Counted from the first letter of the stretch, positions 10,301-20,005 are shown. The stretch is 41,320 nucleotides of DNA from Chloroflexota bacterium (GCA_027623195.1 JAQBUT010000026.1:1-41320), one strand, 5' to 3'. Translations and numbers: made by a program. Notes: a model not told the origin generated them from the letters alone.

Positions 10301-10339
10301 GAGCAGCCCTCTTGAGGCTGGTGCTCAAGGGGGCTGCTC
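10301..10339 (-). terminator. Intrinsic terminator downstream of the PEPCK-like gene
   Basis: 16-bp near-perfect stem GAGCAGCCCTCTTGAG / CTCAAGGGGGCTGCTC followed by TTTTCT on the minus strand. Confidence 0.75.
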
Positions 10340-10389
10340 CTAAATCTATCTTATGAATTTGTCGAAAAGGCCCTTCTGACAAATCAGTA

Positions 10390-10511
10390 GCTTTGCAAAA
10401 AAGGTCGTTTTAAGGCATGTGGTTGGACAGGCTCACCACGAAGATAAGAGTCCCGTTCGCCCTGACCCCGCCAAAGGATATATCGCGCCATTTCGGTACT
10501 TTTTGCTATGC
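10390..10511. mobile_element. Degenerate MITE/REP-like non-autonomous element
   Basis: Imperfect terminal inverted repeats (GCTTTGCAAAAA ... TTTTTGCTATGC). Internal GGTTGGACAGGCTCACCACGAA and CCCGTTCGCCCTGACCCCGCCAAAGG resemble decayed copies of the TTCGACAAGCTCA / TGAGCTTGTCGAAG palindromic repeat family. Confidence 0.5.
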
Positions 10512-10524
10512 CGGTATGGGGTCA

Positions 10525-12825
10525 TTACGGGCGAAGTCCCACCGCTCTTAGCGCCTTGGCCGCATCTTCAGAGAGAACAAGGCCAGCCTTTGCACCGTCA
10601 TTGTACTTCCACTGCAACGCCCTGGTCAGGTACTCGGACGGGCATTTGCCCTCACTACGATGGGCGGCTAGTTCCCGCAGAGTATCGTAGGCGTTGTTGA
10701 CGTTCCAGTGGAACGAAAGCAACCAGGCTAGCTCTCGCTCATTTTCAGGCACAGGCACGTCTCCAAAGTCGATGAGCGCGTCGGTGGTCTTCGTGTAACG
10801 TAGAATGCCCGCCTTGTCCTCGGAGGACTCGCCGTAGTAGCGCCTGCGTCTGAGGTCCACAACGCGAGCTGCATAGTCAGATTTTCCGTAGATATTAATG
10901 GGCAGCCACTTCTGCCTAAGGTCCAGGATCTCCTCCCCCTGCAAGTTGAGGATAGCTACCGCCACCTCGGCCCGCATGGTGGAATCGTACTCGAAGCGCA
11001 CTGCGTCCCTCAGCAGAGCCTCCTGGAGCATAAGAGTCAGCTCCCTGGGGATTTTCTTGTAGTTAGCGCCGCTGGCCTCTTCATTTGAGTCCGCGCCAAC
11101 GCCTCCGGTGTTAAAAACGTAGTAATTCAGCGGCATGCCATCCCAGGAAAGCTGCTGCAGTATGTGATAAAGCAGGTTCGCGTTCTCGTCCTCTAGCCCA
11201 ATGATGAAGGGGTCGGAGAAGTATTCCACGTATGGCCGGCCAATTGCGCCGATGGCAGCTCCCATCTGAACGGCCTCGCCGTACATCAGGACTCGCACGT
11301 ATTGCTCAAGGCTGAGCCTGCGAAGGGGCGGAACAACAGTGTTTTGTCGCATTACGGCCTGCCAGAAAATGCGGTCCGTGTCCAGCATAGGTACGTGGAC
11401 CGAGCTCTGCATTCGACCGTCCGTCATGGTGGATAGCAGGTGTGACGCACCTTTCCTCTCGATGAGACGGGAGCGGGACAGGATCATGCGCATGTTCCGG
11501 ACTGGATTCTGCGAGTAGTCCGGCACGCCAGTAGCCGGGTCAACCACCACGTTCTCCAGGGACTCCTGCGGGTTAGGGTCGCCTTCCGTCCCCCGGACGA
11601 CATCGTAGGTTATGGGGTCGTCCTGGCGGTTGAGGCCGAATGGCACTGCATAAAGATTATTTTCGGTGCCATCTATGCCGTAGGAGATGCGAAGCCTGTT
11701 CCCGCCTCTAATGGTGTCCACGGGCACATCCAGCGGGTGAAGCAGAATAATATCGTCGTTCATGGGGTAAACGCCTTCTTTGGGGTCATGGACAAGACCC
11801 AGAAGACGGGCAAGGTCGCTGTCTCCGAATTCCATCATGATGGTGAGGGTACTTTTGCCGTGCAGGGAAGGCCCTGCGGTCACGACGGCGGTATTCTTGA
11901 TTTGGCCTTGAATGGTCTTGGCTCGAGCCATGCTCAGAGCAGCCTGCACGGCCAAACCGTTCTTCTCCTTCACCAGGAACATGGCGATGGAGAGCGGTCC
12001 CATCTTATGCTCACCCAGGTAGTCGAACCCCAGGTGAAAGGAAAGGCCTCTGGTGGGCGATCTGAACACTAGCTGTGTAAGTCCGGCGTCCTTAACTCTG
12101 CCAACGAGTTCATCGGGCAAACCGAGGTCCTCGAGCCAGCGAGGCACCGACACCTCCAGGATATCCGGTGATTGCTGGAATTCGCTTGGGGGAAGGTCGA
12201 AGGTCAGCTGCCGCCATAGGTACGAGAGCTGAGGGTAATGGTCCCCAAACAGCAGTTGACGGGCGTGGAAGGATCGTCCGGGGGCGTCGCACACCTGACG
12301 ATCAGTCTGGATTATGCGAGCGCCTTCCGCAAAAGCGTTTTGCATATACCGGGTAACGTAGGGTAGGATTTCTGCAAATAGCCGCTGGTTTGTTTCGCTG
12401 AAAGAAAGAGAGTCCCGGTTTCCGTTGAAGTCCTCTATGAAATACTGGGTAAGGTCGGGGCGGCGAGCTACGCCCAGCTGGCTGTAACAGGCCATACCGC
12501 CGTTGTCGACCCTAAAAACGACGTCGGGCCCCGCACGCATGGCGGCCTTGCCCTGCGAGTTAGCGGCCTCAGCCTCGTTCTTGAGTTCTTCGATCTCTCT
12601 TAGGACTTCCTGCCGCTCATTTTCAGGTAGGTCCTGAAAAATTCGCATCCGAGCCTTCAACCAGTCGCCGTCTGGGTTAAAGAACTGGCTGTCCGGCGGT
12701 TGACCCGTTCTGGCCATGGCTACCATAACGTCGAGAGCCTTGCGAAATTCGGGCACTATGTCCGGCGCATTGATTCTAGATGGCTGCACTAAATCGTCAT
12801 TAAAGGTTTCGACTTGTATTGCCAA
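10525..12825 (-). CDS. Divergent ATP-type phosphoenolpyruvate carboxykinase-like protein
   Basis: PEPCK motifs in the expected order: ARRP, DYLGEHKMG, P-loop GPSLHGKST, MNDD, GTENNLY, LENV, RNMR, PPLRRLS, DPF, NTGGVG. TTG start follows GAGGGG. Confidence 0.75.
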   Translation of the reverse strand: MAIQVETFNDDLVQPSRINAPDIVPEFRKALDVMVAMARTGQPPDSQFFNPDGDWLKARMRIFQDLPENERQEVLREIEELKNEAEAANSQGKAAMRAGPDVVFRVDNGGMACYSQLGVARRPDLTQYFIEDFNGNRDSLSFSETNQRLFAEILPYVTRYMQNAFAEGARIIQTDRQVCDAPGRSFHARQLLFGDHYPQLSYLWRQLTFDLPPSEFQQSPDILEVSVPRWLEDLGLPDELVGRVKDAGLTQLVFRSPTRGLSFHLGFDYLGEHKMGPLSIAMFLVKEKNGLAVQAALSMARAKTIQGQIKNTAVVTAGPSLHGKSTLTIMMEFGDSDLARLLGLVHDPKEGVYPMNDDIILLHPLDVPVDTIRGGNRLRISYGIDGTENNLYAVPFGLNRQDDPITYDVVRGTEGDPNPQESLENVVVDPATGVPDYSQNPVRNMRMILSRSRLIERKGASHLLSTMTDGRMQSSVHVPMLDTDRIFWQAVMRQNTVVPPLRRLSLEQYVRVLMYGEAVQMGAAIGAIGRPYVEYFSDPFIIGLEDENANLLYHILQQLSWDGMPLNYYVFNTGGVGADSNEEASGANYKKIPRELTLMLQEALLRDAVRFEYDSTMRAEVAVAILNLQGEEILDLRQKWLPINIYGKSDYAARVVDLRRRRYYGESSEDKAGILRYTKTTDALIDFGDVPVPENERELAWLLSFHWNVNNAYDTLRELAAHRSEGKCPSEYLTRALQWKYNDGAKAGLVLSEDAAKALRAVGLRP

Positions 12826-13100
12826 TTTGTCCCCTCAATCTACGCGGCTCATGCAAGTTCGGTAATCTAGTTGTTAGGTGGATAAGTTGAGCAGCGTTTA
12901 AACCTAATGATTAACCATTCAATAGTCCCGTCAATTCGTTCAATAACTAGATTAGCCACTATGAAGACTGCGCGGAAAACCTCTCCCAATTCCGCTACCC
13001 AATCTCCTAGGCGACGGTTTACAAATGAACCTGAATTGATTAGCTTCTCGTATAGGTTCGAGAAGCTAACATAATTTATTAAGGTACCTCAGGCATTAAT

Positions 13101-15380
13101 TTGCATATTTTCAAGGCCAAAGTCAAAAACCTTAAAGCCACTGCGTTGCTCATTGGCGTCAGCATGGCGTTCACCATCGCAGCGACGGTTTTCGGCCAGG
13201 CTTATGCTCAAAGCTCTCAAATCGTGGAAATTACCGATCTCGTTGTGTTAGATGCCAAAACAGATGAGGTCGAGTCGGTCTTCCCAAAAGGGGCCAAGGT
13301 GCGGATTGAAGTCCAGTTTACCGACCTGCGCAACCTTACCGCATTCGACGACGATGACCCGGACTTCGATCGGAATTTTGTCGTGGTCTTCGAGGTGAAG
13401 GAGCACGATGGAACGCTGGTGTACAGCACCGACAACACCCTGTTCGGGAACGACGAACTGCAATTAGGTCCGGAAGAGCGGAAGAAGATCACATATAGCT
13501 GGAACGCTCCCTTCGACACGGACACCGGCAGCCACGACATCATTATTACTGTTCGAAATGCCGAAAATTTTTCCAATATCCAAGACGAAGAGAAAAGCTC
13601 CATTATCATCCAGAGCTCAGCAGCATCACTGTTTGTTTCCGAGTCCTCAATTGACTTTGGCGACGTCGAAGATGACGACACGCCGCAGGCCCGGATAATT
13701 GTGACCAATCCTAATAGGGCGGCGGGCGACCTTGTCTGGAAGATTGTAGATTTGCCCGAATGGCTAGAACTGATTTCGCCTCCAGCGAGCGATGGCGATC
13801 CGCAAGAATCTGAGTTGGTAACCAATAACCAAACGGTAATCCTGCGGGTACGCAGCACCATTCTCAAAGGGACCCGGAACGACAAGGTGAAAATCGAGTC
13901 AAACGCGGGTACATCCAGCATAGATGTGTCAGTCTCAGTGGATAGAAATGCCAATGGCCTGCTCACTCAGCTAAAGGCGCGAAACTCGACATTCGATCCT
14001 GGCGACGATGTGGTTTTCCTGTACCGGGTAAAGAACGACGGCGCAGTGCCGATGACATATAGCATTAGCTTTTTAGTGCAATCCCCCACTGGGTCACTCT
14101 ATTACAACAGCAATGCAGAGGGCCACGATGCCACGTTAGGGCCCCTGGATCCGGGCGAGGAATCCAACAGCATGGACTTCACCTGGACTATCCCATATGG
14201 AACCCTGCCAGGCAATTACGAAATGGGTGGAGAGTTACGAGCATTCCCGGCCTTTGAGTTCCTTTTCGATAACGTTCCGTTTCCCACGGACGCAGCAACA
14301 AGCGCTCCCCCAGCCCGAAGCGACGAAATCGCCGATGGCGACGTATTCGAGGTGAAAAAGGGTGCACTAATAGCGGTAGCTCCTCCTGATTGGGCATTCG
14401 GAGCGATTACGGAAGGAGATTCGGACACGGCCTCATTTTCTGTTTCAAACGACGGGCGCGGCACCTTGGAGTGGACGATTGTAAGCTGGCCAGATTGGCT
14501 TGACTTGAAGAAACCTAGTGAAACCGTCAGCGGGCGCGGTAGCATTGAAGTCGCAATCAGCGAATCCGCCCAGCCTGGAAATCTATCGGGTGCCATCGAA
14601 ATAGAGTCTAACGGAGGCCCCCGGTCCATCAAGGTTTCAACGCGGATATTGCCATTACCTACCGCAACTGTAGGCGTCGCTACAGTATTGGCGCGACTTT
14701 TGCCAACGGCAACGCCTGAACCCACCGCCACGCCAACCCCGGTTCCTTCCGTCACGCCGACGCCATCGCCCTTGAAGCCTTCAATTTTATCGGGACGAAT
14801 AAACATACGGAATGGCGGGAGTATCCCCAAAGGTGCGAAGCTGGTGGCGAAAATCGGAGATTACACCAGCCCACCAGGAGCCATGACCGAGGATTCGTAC
14901 TCCAGCCTGGTTGTCATACCACCGGACCGCTCTTATGTCGGCCAACCGATCGAGATTTACCTGGGTGATACACCGGCTTTGATGACGACGCCACTGTATT
15001 TCTTTCAGGGAGGTGCCCTGAGACTCGACCTCACGTTTGCGGCGCTGCCCACTGCGACGCCCGCTACCAGGCCAGAGCCTTCGCCAGCGGCCTCCCGTCC
15101 TGTCGAAACACCGACCAGAGTAGCGGCCGTTCCAACTGCGGTCGCCACCGCCACCGCAACGGAAGAGGCATCCGAACCAGATCAGACTGTTACGCCTCAG
15201 GTTTTTATCACAGCGGAGGCCGGAGAAACGCCTGTACCTCCCAATGCATCAGGTGGATGCAATGCGCCTGCCGGTAACGTAGGCTGGGCCACAGGCTTGA
15301 CGAATGCCGCCCTGCTAATTATGCCCATCGGCCTTGTGGCCGGGGTACGAAGGAGTCGAAGGCGACAAAGGACTCGGTAA
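13101..15380 (+). CDS. Secreted/surface protein: signal peptide, duplicated Ig-like plus BACON-like domains, Pro/Thr linkers, C-terminal GGC-TM-Arg sorting signal
   Basis: Signal peptide ending QAYA. Repeats LVWKIVDLPEWL..IESNAG and LEWTIVSWPDWL..IESNGG. PTATP linkers. C-terminus SGGCNAP...LLIMPIGLVAGVRRSRRRQRTR. Confidence 0.85.
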   Translation: MHIFKAKVKNLKATALLIGVSMAFTIAATVFGQAYAQSSQIVEITDLVVLDAKTDEVESVFPKGAKVRIEVQFTDLRNLTAFDDDDPDFDRNFVVVFEVKEHDGTLVYSTDNTLFGNDELQLGPEERKKITYSWNAPFDTDTGSHDIIITVRNAENFSNIQDEEKSSIIIQSSAASLFVSESSIDFGDVEDDDTPQARIIVTNPNRAAGDLVWKIVDLPEWLELISPPASDGDPQESELVTNNQTVILRVRSTILKGTRNDKVKIESNAGTSSIDVSVSVDRNANGLLTQLKARNSTFDPGDDVVFLYRVKNDGAVPMTYSISFLVQSPTGSLYYNSNAEGHDATLGPLDPGEESNSMDFTWTIPYGTLPGNYEMGGELRAFPAFEFLFDNVPFPTDAATSAPPARSDEIADGDVFEVKKGALIAVAPPDWAFGAITEGDSDTASFSVSNDGRGTLEWTIVSWPDWLDLKKPSETVSGRGSIEVAISESAQPGNLSGAIEIESNGGPRSIKVSTRILPLPTATVGVATVLARLLPTATPEPTATPTPVPSVTPTPSPLKPSILSGRINIRNGGSIPKGAKLVAKIGDYTSPPGAMTEDSYSSLVVIPPDRSYVGQPIEIYLGDTPALMTTPLYFFQGGALRLDLTFAALPTATPATRPEPSPAASRPVETPTRVAAVPTAVATATATEEASEPDQTVTPQVFITAEAGETPVPPNASGGCNAPAGNVGWATGLTNAALLIMPIGLVAGVRRSRRRQRTR

Positions 15381-15429
15381 CACTAGGCTTCCACCGCGGC
15401 CTGACAAATCCTGTAACACTAGTAAACGC

Positions 15430-15457
15430 AAAGGGCGGGCTTTACGGCCCGCCCTTT
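15430..15457. terminator. Bidirectional intrinsic terminator
   Basis: Perfect 11-bp stem AAAGGGCGGGC-tttacg-GCCCGCCCTTT between convergent genes. Confidence 0.8.
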
Positions 15458-15486
15458 AATTATCCCCTTGATATTTGCGGCTTCGG

Positions 15487-16704
15487 CTAATTCCCTGTGA
15501 GCCAAGCCGAGCCGTCGTTTTCGACTATGGTGTCGATCTCTTCCTGCGTGAAGGGATAGCTGGACAATGTCTGTAGGGCCTCAGCGGGAGTCGGGCTTCC
15601 GTTACCTGTGCCAACGTAGCCGGAAGCAAGCAGGACACGGTCGATTCCCCACCTGCGCAAGCGGGAGACAAAAAGTTCTTTGTTAAGAAGCGGATCAGCC
15701 TCATGGGCAGCGAAGCATTCATCGATGGAAACGAAGTGGTTGGATCCAACCAGTCCACTGGCATTTTCATTTTGAAGCAGAGACAGCCATACTTCGATTC
15801 GCCTCTCGTCCATTAGACCAGCGCACTGAGTGTGCAAGACTCTCATATCATCGAATTTGGCCATCTGGTCAACCAGCCTCTCGAACCCCGCCGAATCCAA
15901 CGGCAGACCGAACCGAGGCCCTCCGACGTGGATCATAAGGGGAACGTCGCTATTCTGAATAACAGAGAACAGGGCCTCCAGTTTGTTGGCATCGGCAACA
16001 TTGTTCATATCCAATTTGGAATCAGGCAGGTGCAGGACGACCCCGTCCATGCCATCCAATTTCAAACAGGCTGTTATCTCCGCCGGTGCACTGAGGAAGT
16101 GTGGATTGATGCCACAAAAGCCAATGAGCCTGTCGGGATAATTCGAGACTTCTTCGGAAACGAAAGCGTTTTCTCTCGCAACCTCTCTGTCGTCGCCCAC
16201 CAAGGCATGGTAAGCCAGACTGGCCACAATGGCCTTATCTACGTTAGCGGCATCGAGTTTTTCAATAATGTCGTCCGCACTCGTGCCTTCTACGCCAGAG
16301 CCCGTAATCGATATTCTGAGGCGGCGGGTTATGACCTGGGTTTTCGCATCTAGGGCGGCGCCTGAGACGGTAGTTTCGCCCTCGAATCCCATGCCGATGC
16401 CGGGAGGGCCAGGAGGACCGGGAGGGCCTGCGGGGCCAGGAGCGCCAGGAGGACCTGCGGGGCCTCTTGCACCTTGCGTATCGGCAGAGCCTGGAACGCC
16501 ACGAGGTCCTTGCGGGCCAACAGGCCCCATGACGCCCGAATTACCCTGTGGTCCGGGGGGGCCAGCAAGCCCCGCGACACCCGGGTCGCCCTTGGGTCCA
16601 ACGGGCCCTGGAGTACTTTCCGATCCAGAGCATGCCATGGCTACGGCCATAAGCACCATAAGCGCCACGCCTACAGCAATCTTCAACGGGGAAATACGGA
16701 ACAT
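15487..16704 (-). CDS. Lipoprotein with a collagen-like stalk and a degenerate amidohydrolase (TIM-barrel) domain
   Basis: Lipobox-like VAMAC at Cys25, then about 24 Gly-X-Y triplets. C-domain has [25 protein letters not shown] and [12 protein letters not shown]. Confidence 0.8.
   Translation of the reverse strand: MFRISPLKIAVGVALMVLMAVAMACSGSESTPGPVGPKGDPGVAGLAGPPGPQGNSGVMGPVGPQGPRGVPGSADTQGARGPAGPPGAPGPAGPPGPPGPPGIGMGFEGETTVSGAALDAKTQVITRRLRISITGSGVEGTSADDIIEKLDAANVDKAIVASLAYHALVGDDREVARENAFVSEEVSNYPDRLIGFCGINPHFLSAPAEITACLKLDGMDGVVLHLPDSKLDMNNVADANKLEALFSVIQNSDVPLMIHVGGPRFGLPLDSAGFERLVDQMAKFDDMRVLHTQCAGLMDERRIEVWLSLLQNENASGLVGSNHFVSIDECFAAHEADPLLNKELFVSRLRRWGIDRVLLASGYVGTGNGSPTPAEALQTLSSYPFTQEEIDTIVENDGSAWLTGN
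16393..16608 (-). repeat. Collagen-like (Gly-X-Y)n coding repeat
   Basis: 14 triplets (GPV...GSA), one in-register interruption (DTQ), then 9 triplets (GAR...GIG). Confidence 0.9.
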
Positions 16705-17022
16705 GGCTTAGTACCTCAAATCCTGAATGTGCCTTGCGTGGGAATCCGACTCTGGAATCTATAGGGCTATCCCTCAATAAATGAGGCGAGAGCCCTAGCC
16801 CACCAGATAATATAACGTAAATTTACCCAAGGCCGATGTCAATCACCTTGAGTGCTACTTAATAGCTCATACTGTTTAGCCGACGATATAGCCTCGCAAG
16901 TTTCATTGGTTTGGCGGACGTTTATTTGTAGTGGTTTAGGGATGGTATGCAAATGTGTCCCGTTACACGCCACTCTATAATCAGACTCAAACGCTAAAGA
17001 CGAAGATAGAGGCACGGATCAG

Positions 17023-17889
17023 ATGATGTCCAAACCGTATCCGGAAGACAAATGGATTAGGGTTAACGACCTCAATTTCCATTACCTGGACTGGGGCGGC
17101 GACAAGACGAAACATCCACTGGTGCTCATGCACGGCATCGGTGGGCATGCCCACATGTTCGATGATCTGGCGCCTCTGATGTCCGACCGTTGGAACGTGT
17201 ACGCGCTCGATGCCCGAGGCTGCGGCGACAGCGATTGGAGCCGGCAGGGATACTCCGCGCAGGCCTTCGCATCCGACGTGGCAACTTTCGCCCAGAGTCT
17301 AGGCATATTCCCTTTCAACTACTACGGCCACTCCCAAGGCTCCAGGATAGGCATGGTCTTAGGCGCATATTACGGAGGCTTAGTAGACCACCTGGTTCTC
17401 GGAGATTATGGGCCACTACCTGACCCATCGAGTAAAGGCCGGGAGACGACGGATATGAGAATGCAAGGCGCCACGGCAGAACGGCCGAAAGGCTTTTTCA
17501 GCCCACAAATGGCCTTCGACTGGCACACTGAGAATGGACCCGAAATGCCTGCTGAGGACATCTGGAAAGTCATCAAGCACACGTACAGAACAAACTGGGA
17601 CGGTATTCTCGTCGCCAAGACCGATCCAGAAATCTCCTGGTTGATGGGGCGTACAGCCTTGAAGGAAGGTCCGTTTCTCTGGGACTGTGTAAGTAAGATT
17701 TCCTGCAAGACGTTGGTGTTGCGAGGAGAGAACAGCACGGTGCTTGATCGAAAGCAGGCCGACAAGATGGCGGCCACCATACCGGACGAAAACGGCATCG
17801 TCGAAGAGGTGCCGGGCGCGGGCCACGGCCTGCACAACGATAACATGGATAGCACGGTAAAGATTATCCGAAAGTTTTTGGAGATGTAG
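17023..17889 (+). CDS. Alpha/beta fold hydrolase
   Basis: LMHG, DARGCGDSD, nucleophile elbow GHSQG, and AGHG catalytic His. Confidence 0.92.
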   Translation: MMSKPYPEDKWIRVNDLNFHYLDWGGDKTKHPLVLMHGIGGHAHMFDDLAPLMSDRWNVYALDARGCGDSDWSRQGYSAQAFASDVATFAQSLGIFPFNYYGHSQGSRIGMVLGAYYGGLVDHLVLGDYGPLPDPSSKGRETTDMRMQGATAERPKGFFSPQMAFDWHTENGPEMPAEDIWKVIKHTYRTNWDGILVAKTDPEISWLMGRTALKEGPFLWDCVSKISCKTLVLRGENSTVLDRKQADKMAATIPDENGIVEEVPGAGHGLHNDNMDSTVKIIRKFLEM

Positions 17890-17934
17890 CCTGGCTTCGT
17901 ATACCCTCTGGAATATGAACCCGGCAAATTATTA

Positions 17935-18879
17935 ATGGTAATTATCTACTTCATCAGGTTCGTACTGTTTTGCGCCGATGCGATTGGCGAGTTCTTAGAT
18001 AAAAACTGCCCGTACATGGCAGGGGCGATCTCGTTTTACACGCTGTTTTCGCTGTTCCCCTTTATATTGGCCATGATATCCATTGCCGGTTTCGTCCTGG
18101 GGCCGACGGCCGAGCGCGATCAGCTTGCAATAGAGATGGCCGCAGTCATACCCATTTCGGCCGAGTTCATCAGCGAAACAATGCAGGGCGTAATCAGGAC
18201 CAGGGCCATCACCGGTATCGCCAGCGTGCTTGGTCTGCTCTGGGCCTCAACGTCGGCCTTCGGGGCCATGCGCAGGGGAATAAACGCCGCGTGGGGTATC
18301 CGAAAGACCAGACCTTTCTTGAAGGAGCGACTCATAGATTTCAGCCTGACCGTAAGCGCAGGCTTGCTCATGCTAGGGATAATTTTCATCGCGCCTACAA
18401 TTGGTTTCTTCAGCGAGATAACCTCTTACTTCACCCAGGGCGGCAGTAGCGGGGTCACCACCACACTGTGGAATATGGTGGCCCAATTAATCATGCCTGT
18501 CATCACCTTCGGGACGTTTGTTGTGCTTTACCGTTTCCTGCCGAATACCCACGTCACCCTTTCGGATGTATGGATGGGGGCATTATTAGGCACGGTTGTA
18601 TTCGAGGGTGCCAAGTGGGGATTCGTGACATACGTCAAGACGTTCCCGGTCTATAACGCAGTCTACGGCCCAGTTGGTGCGGTTATGGCTCTGTTGACCT
18701 GGGTATACCTGTCGGCTATCATATTACTGTTCTGTGCCCTACTTACCTCTCACCACGCAAAATACCTGGCGAAATCGCGGGCGTTGAATGACGAGGAACG
18801 GGGCCTGAAACTTCTTTGGGCGGGGTTGTCGCGTGTCAGGCTTCGTGACGTGGTTTCTTCAGGGGCCGAGGCAGATTAG
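17935..18879 (+). CDS. YihY/BrkB-family inner membrane protein
   Basis: AGAISFYTLFSLFP, LWAS...INAAW, LYRFLP and YNAVYG..GAV..LLTWVYLS; start position uncertain. Confidence 0.88.
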   Translation: MVIIYFIRFVLFCADAIGEFLDKNCPYMAGAISFYTLFSLFPFILAMISIAGFVLGPTAERDQLAIEMAAVIPISAEFISETMQGVIRTRAITGIASVLGLLWASTSAFGAMRRGINAAWGIRKTRPFLKERLIDFSLTVSAGLLMLGIIFIAPTIGFFSEITSYFTQGGSSGVTTTLWNMVAQLIMPVITFGTFVVLYRFLPNTHVTLSDVWMGALLGTVVFEGAKWGFVTYVKTFPVYNAVYGPVGAVMALLTWVYLSAIILLFCALLTSHHAKYLAKSRALNDEERGLKLLWAGLSRVRLRDVVSSGAEAD

Positions 18880-20005
18880 CGCAACTGGTCGCCTGGCAAT
18901 TTCCATAATTGTCTTGCTCACCGTTGTTGCCTGCAGCAATCAGGCTGCGCCAGAACCGACCCAACAACTCTCATCGTTCGGCGACCCCGTTAACACCAAT
19001 GGGGCCGACCTGGCGAATCCTATAGGCGAAACGCAGGCCGGTGATGCTGTTGGTTCCGCCCCTGCATCGCTCTCTTCGCTGCCATCAATAGCCAGTCTGG
19101 TTAATACCATAGAGCCCGCCGTTGTCTCAATTTCGGTTGAGTCACTTAACAGAGGTCTATTTTTCGATTTCACCGATGAGGGCGCCGGCACCGGGACTGT
19201 GATTCGCGAAGACGGTTATATCCTCACCAGCTTCCACGTCGTCCAGGGTGCTGAAGATATATCAGTAAACCTGCCATCAGGCGAAAGCTACATGGCGGAG
19301 GTGGTTGGCCAGGACAGGATTACTGACCTGGCTGTCTTGAAGATCGATGCAGAAGATTTGCCCACGGTCTCCTTCGGCAATTCCGACAAACTGGAGGTCG
19401 GCGACTGGGTTGTCGCTCTAGGCAACGCGCTGGCTCTCAAGGGTGGCCCTACCGTGACGCTGGGTATTGTAAGCGCTCGCGGACGGACCATAAGCACGGA
19501 ACGCGGGGACCTGTACGATCTAATTCAGACCGACGCCGCCATCAACGACGGCAATAGCGGTGGACCACTCATTAACCTTGATGGCGAGGTTATCGGCATC
19601 AACACCGCCATCCTCCGCAACGCACAGGGAATAGGCTTCGCAGTAAGCTCCTCGGTGGCCAGCCCCATTATCGACAGCCTCATCGAGCACGGACGGGTCA
19701 CGAGGCCGCTAATCGGTCTGACCGGTGCCGATGTAACGCCCGCCAGGGCAAACCAACTGGGTATCAACGTCACTGATGGGATTATCGTCACCCGTATGTC
19801 GCAGGACGGGCCAGCCTACGAGGCAGGCATTCGAGTCGGAGATGTGATAACGAAACTTAACGACATCCCAACGCCGGACATGGCGGGATTTCTCACGCTG
19901 CTGTGGACTTTCGATGTAGGCCAGAAAATCCAGGTAGAGTACCTGCACGAAGGTGAGACCACCGTGAGCGGCGTCCAATTGGAGGAACGGCCCCCTGGGG
20001 CCTAG
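18833..20005 (+). CDS. htrA: HtrA/DegP-like trypsin serine protease with one PDZ domain, probable lipoprotein
   Basis: Catalytic triad motifs TSFHVV, DLAVLK and AAINDGNSGGPL; PDZ GPAYEAGIRVGDVI; lipobox-like TVVAC. Start uncertain. Confidence 0.9.
   Translation: MSGFVTWFLQGPRQISATGRLAISIIVLLTVVACSNQAAPEPTQQLSSFGDPVNTNGADLANPIGETQAGDAVGSAPASLSSLPSIASLVNTIEPAVVSISVESLNRGLFFDFTDEGAGTGTVIREDGYILTSFHVVQGAEDISVNLPSGESYMAEVVGQDRITDLAVLKIDAEDLPTVSFGNSDKLEVGDWVVALGNALALKGGPTVTLGIVSARGRTISTERGDLYDLIQTDAAINDGNSGGPLINLDGEVIGINTAILRNAQGIGFAVSSSVASPIIDSLIEHGRVTRPLIGLTGADVTPARANQLGINVTDGIIVTRMSQDGPAYEAGIRVGDVITKLNDIPTPDMAGFLTLLWTFDVGQKIQVEYLHEGETTVSGVQLEERPPGA

Noticed and set aside
15378..15427. GTAACACTAG direct repeat as a GlnR box or target-site duplication
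   Set aside because: It lies between convergent 3' ends, the spacing does not fit GTnAC-n6-GAAAC, and only about 25 nt separate the copies.
16393..16608. GC-rich periodic DNA as a CRISPR array or VNTR
   Set aside because: The periodicity is fully explained by Gly-X-Y codons; there is no repeat-spacer structure.
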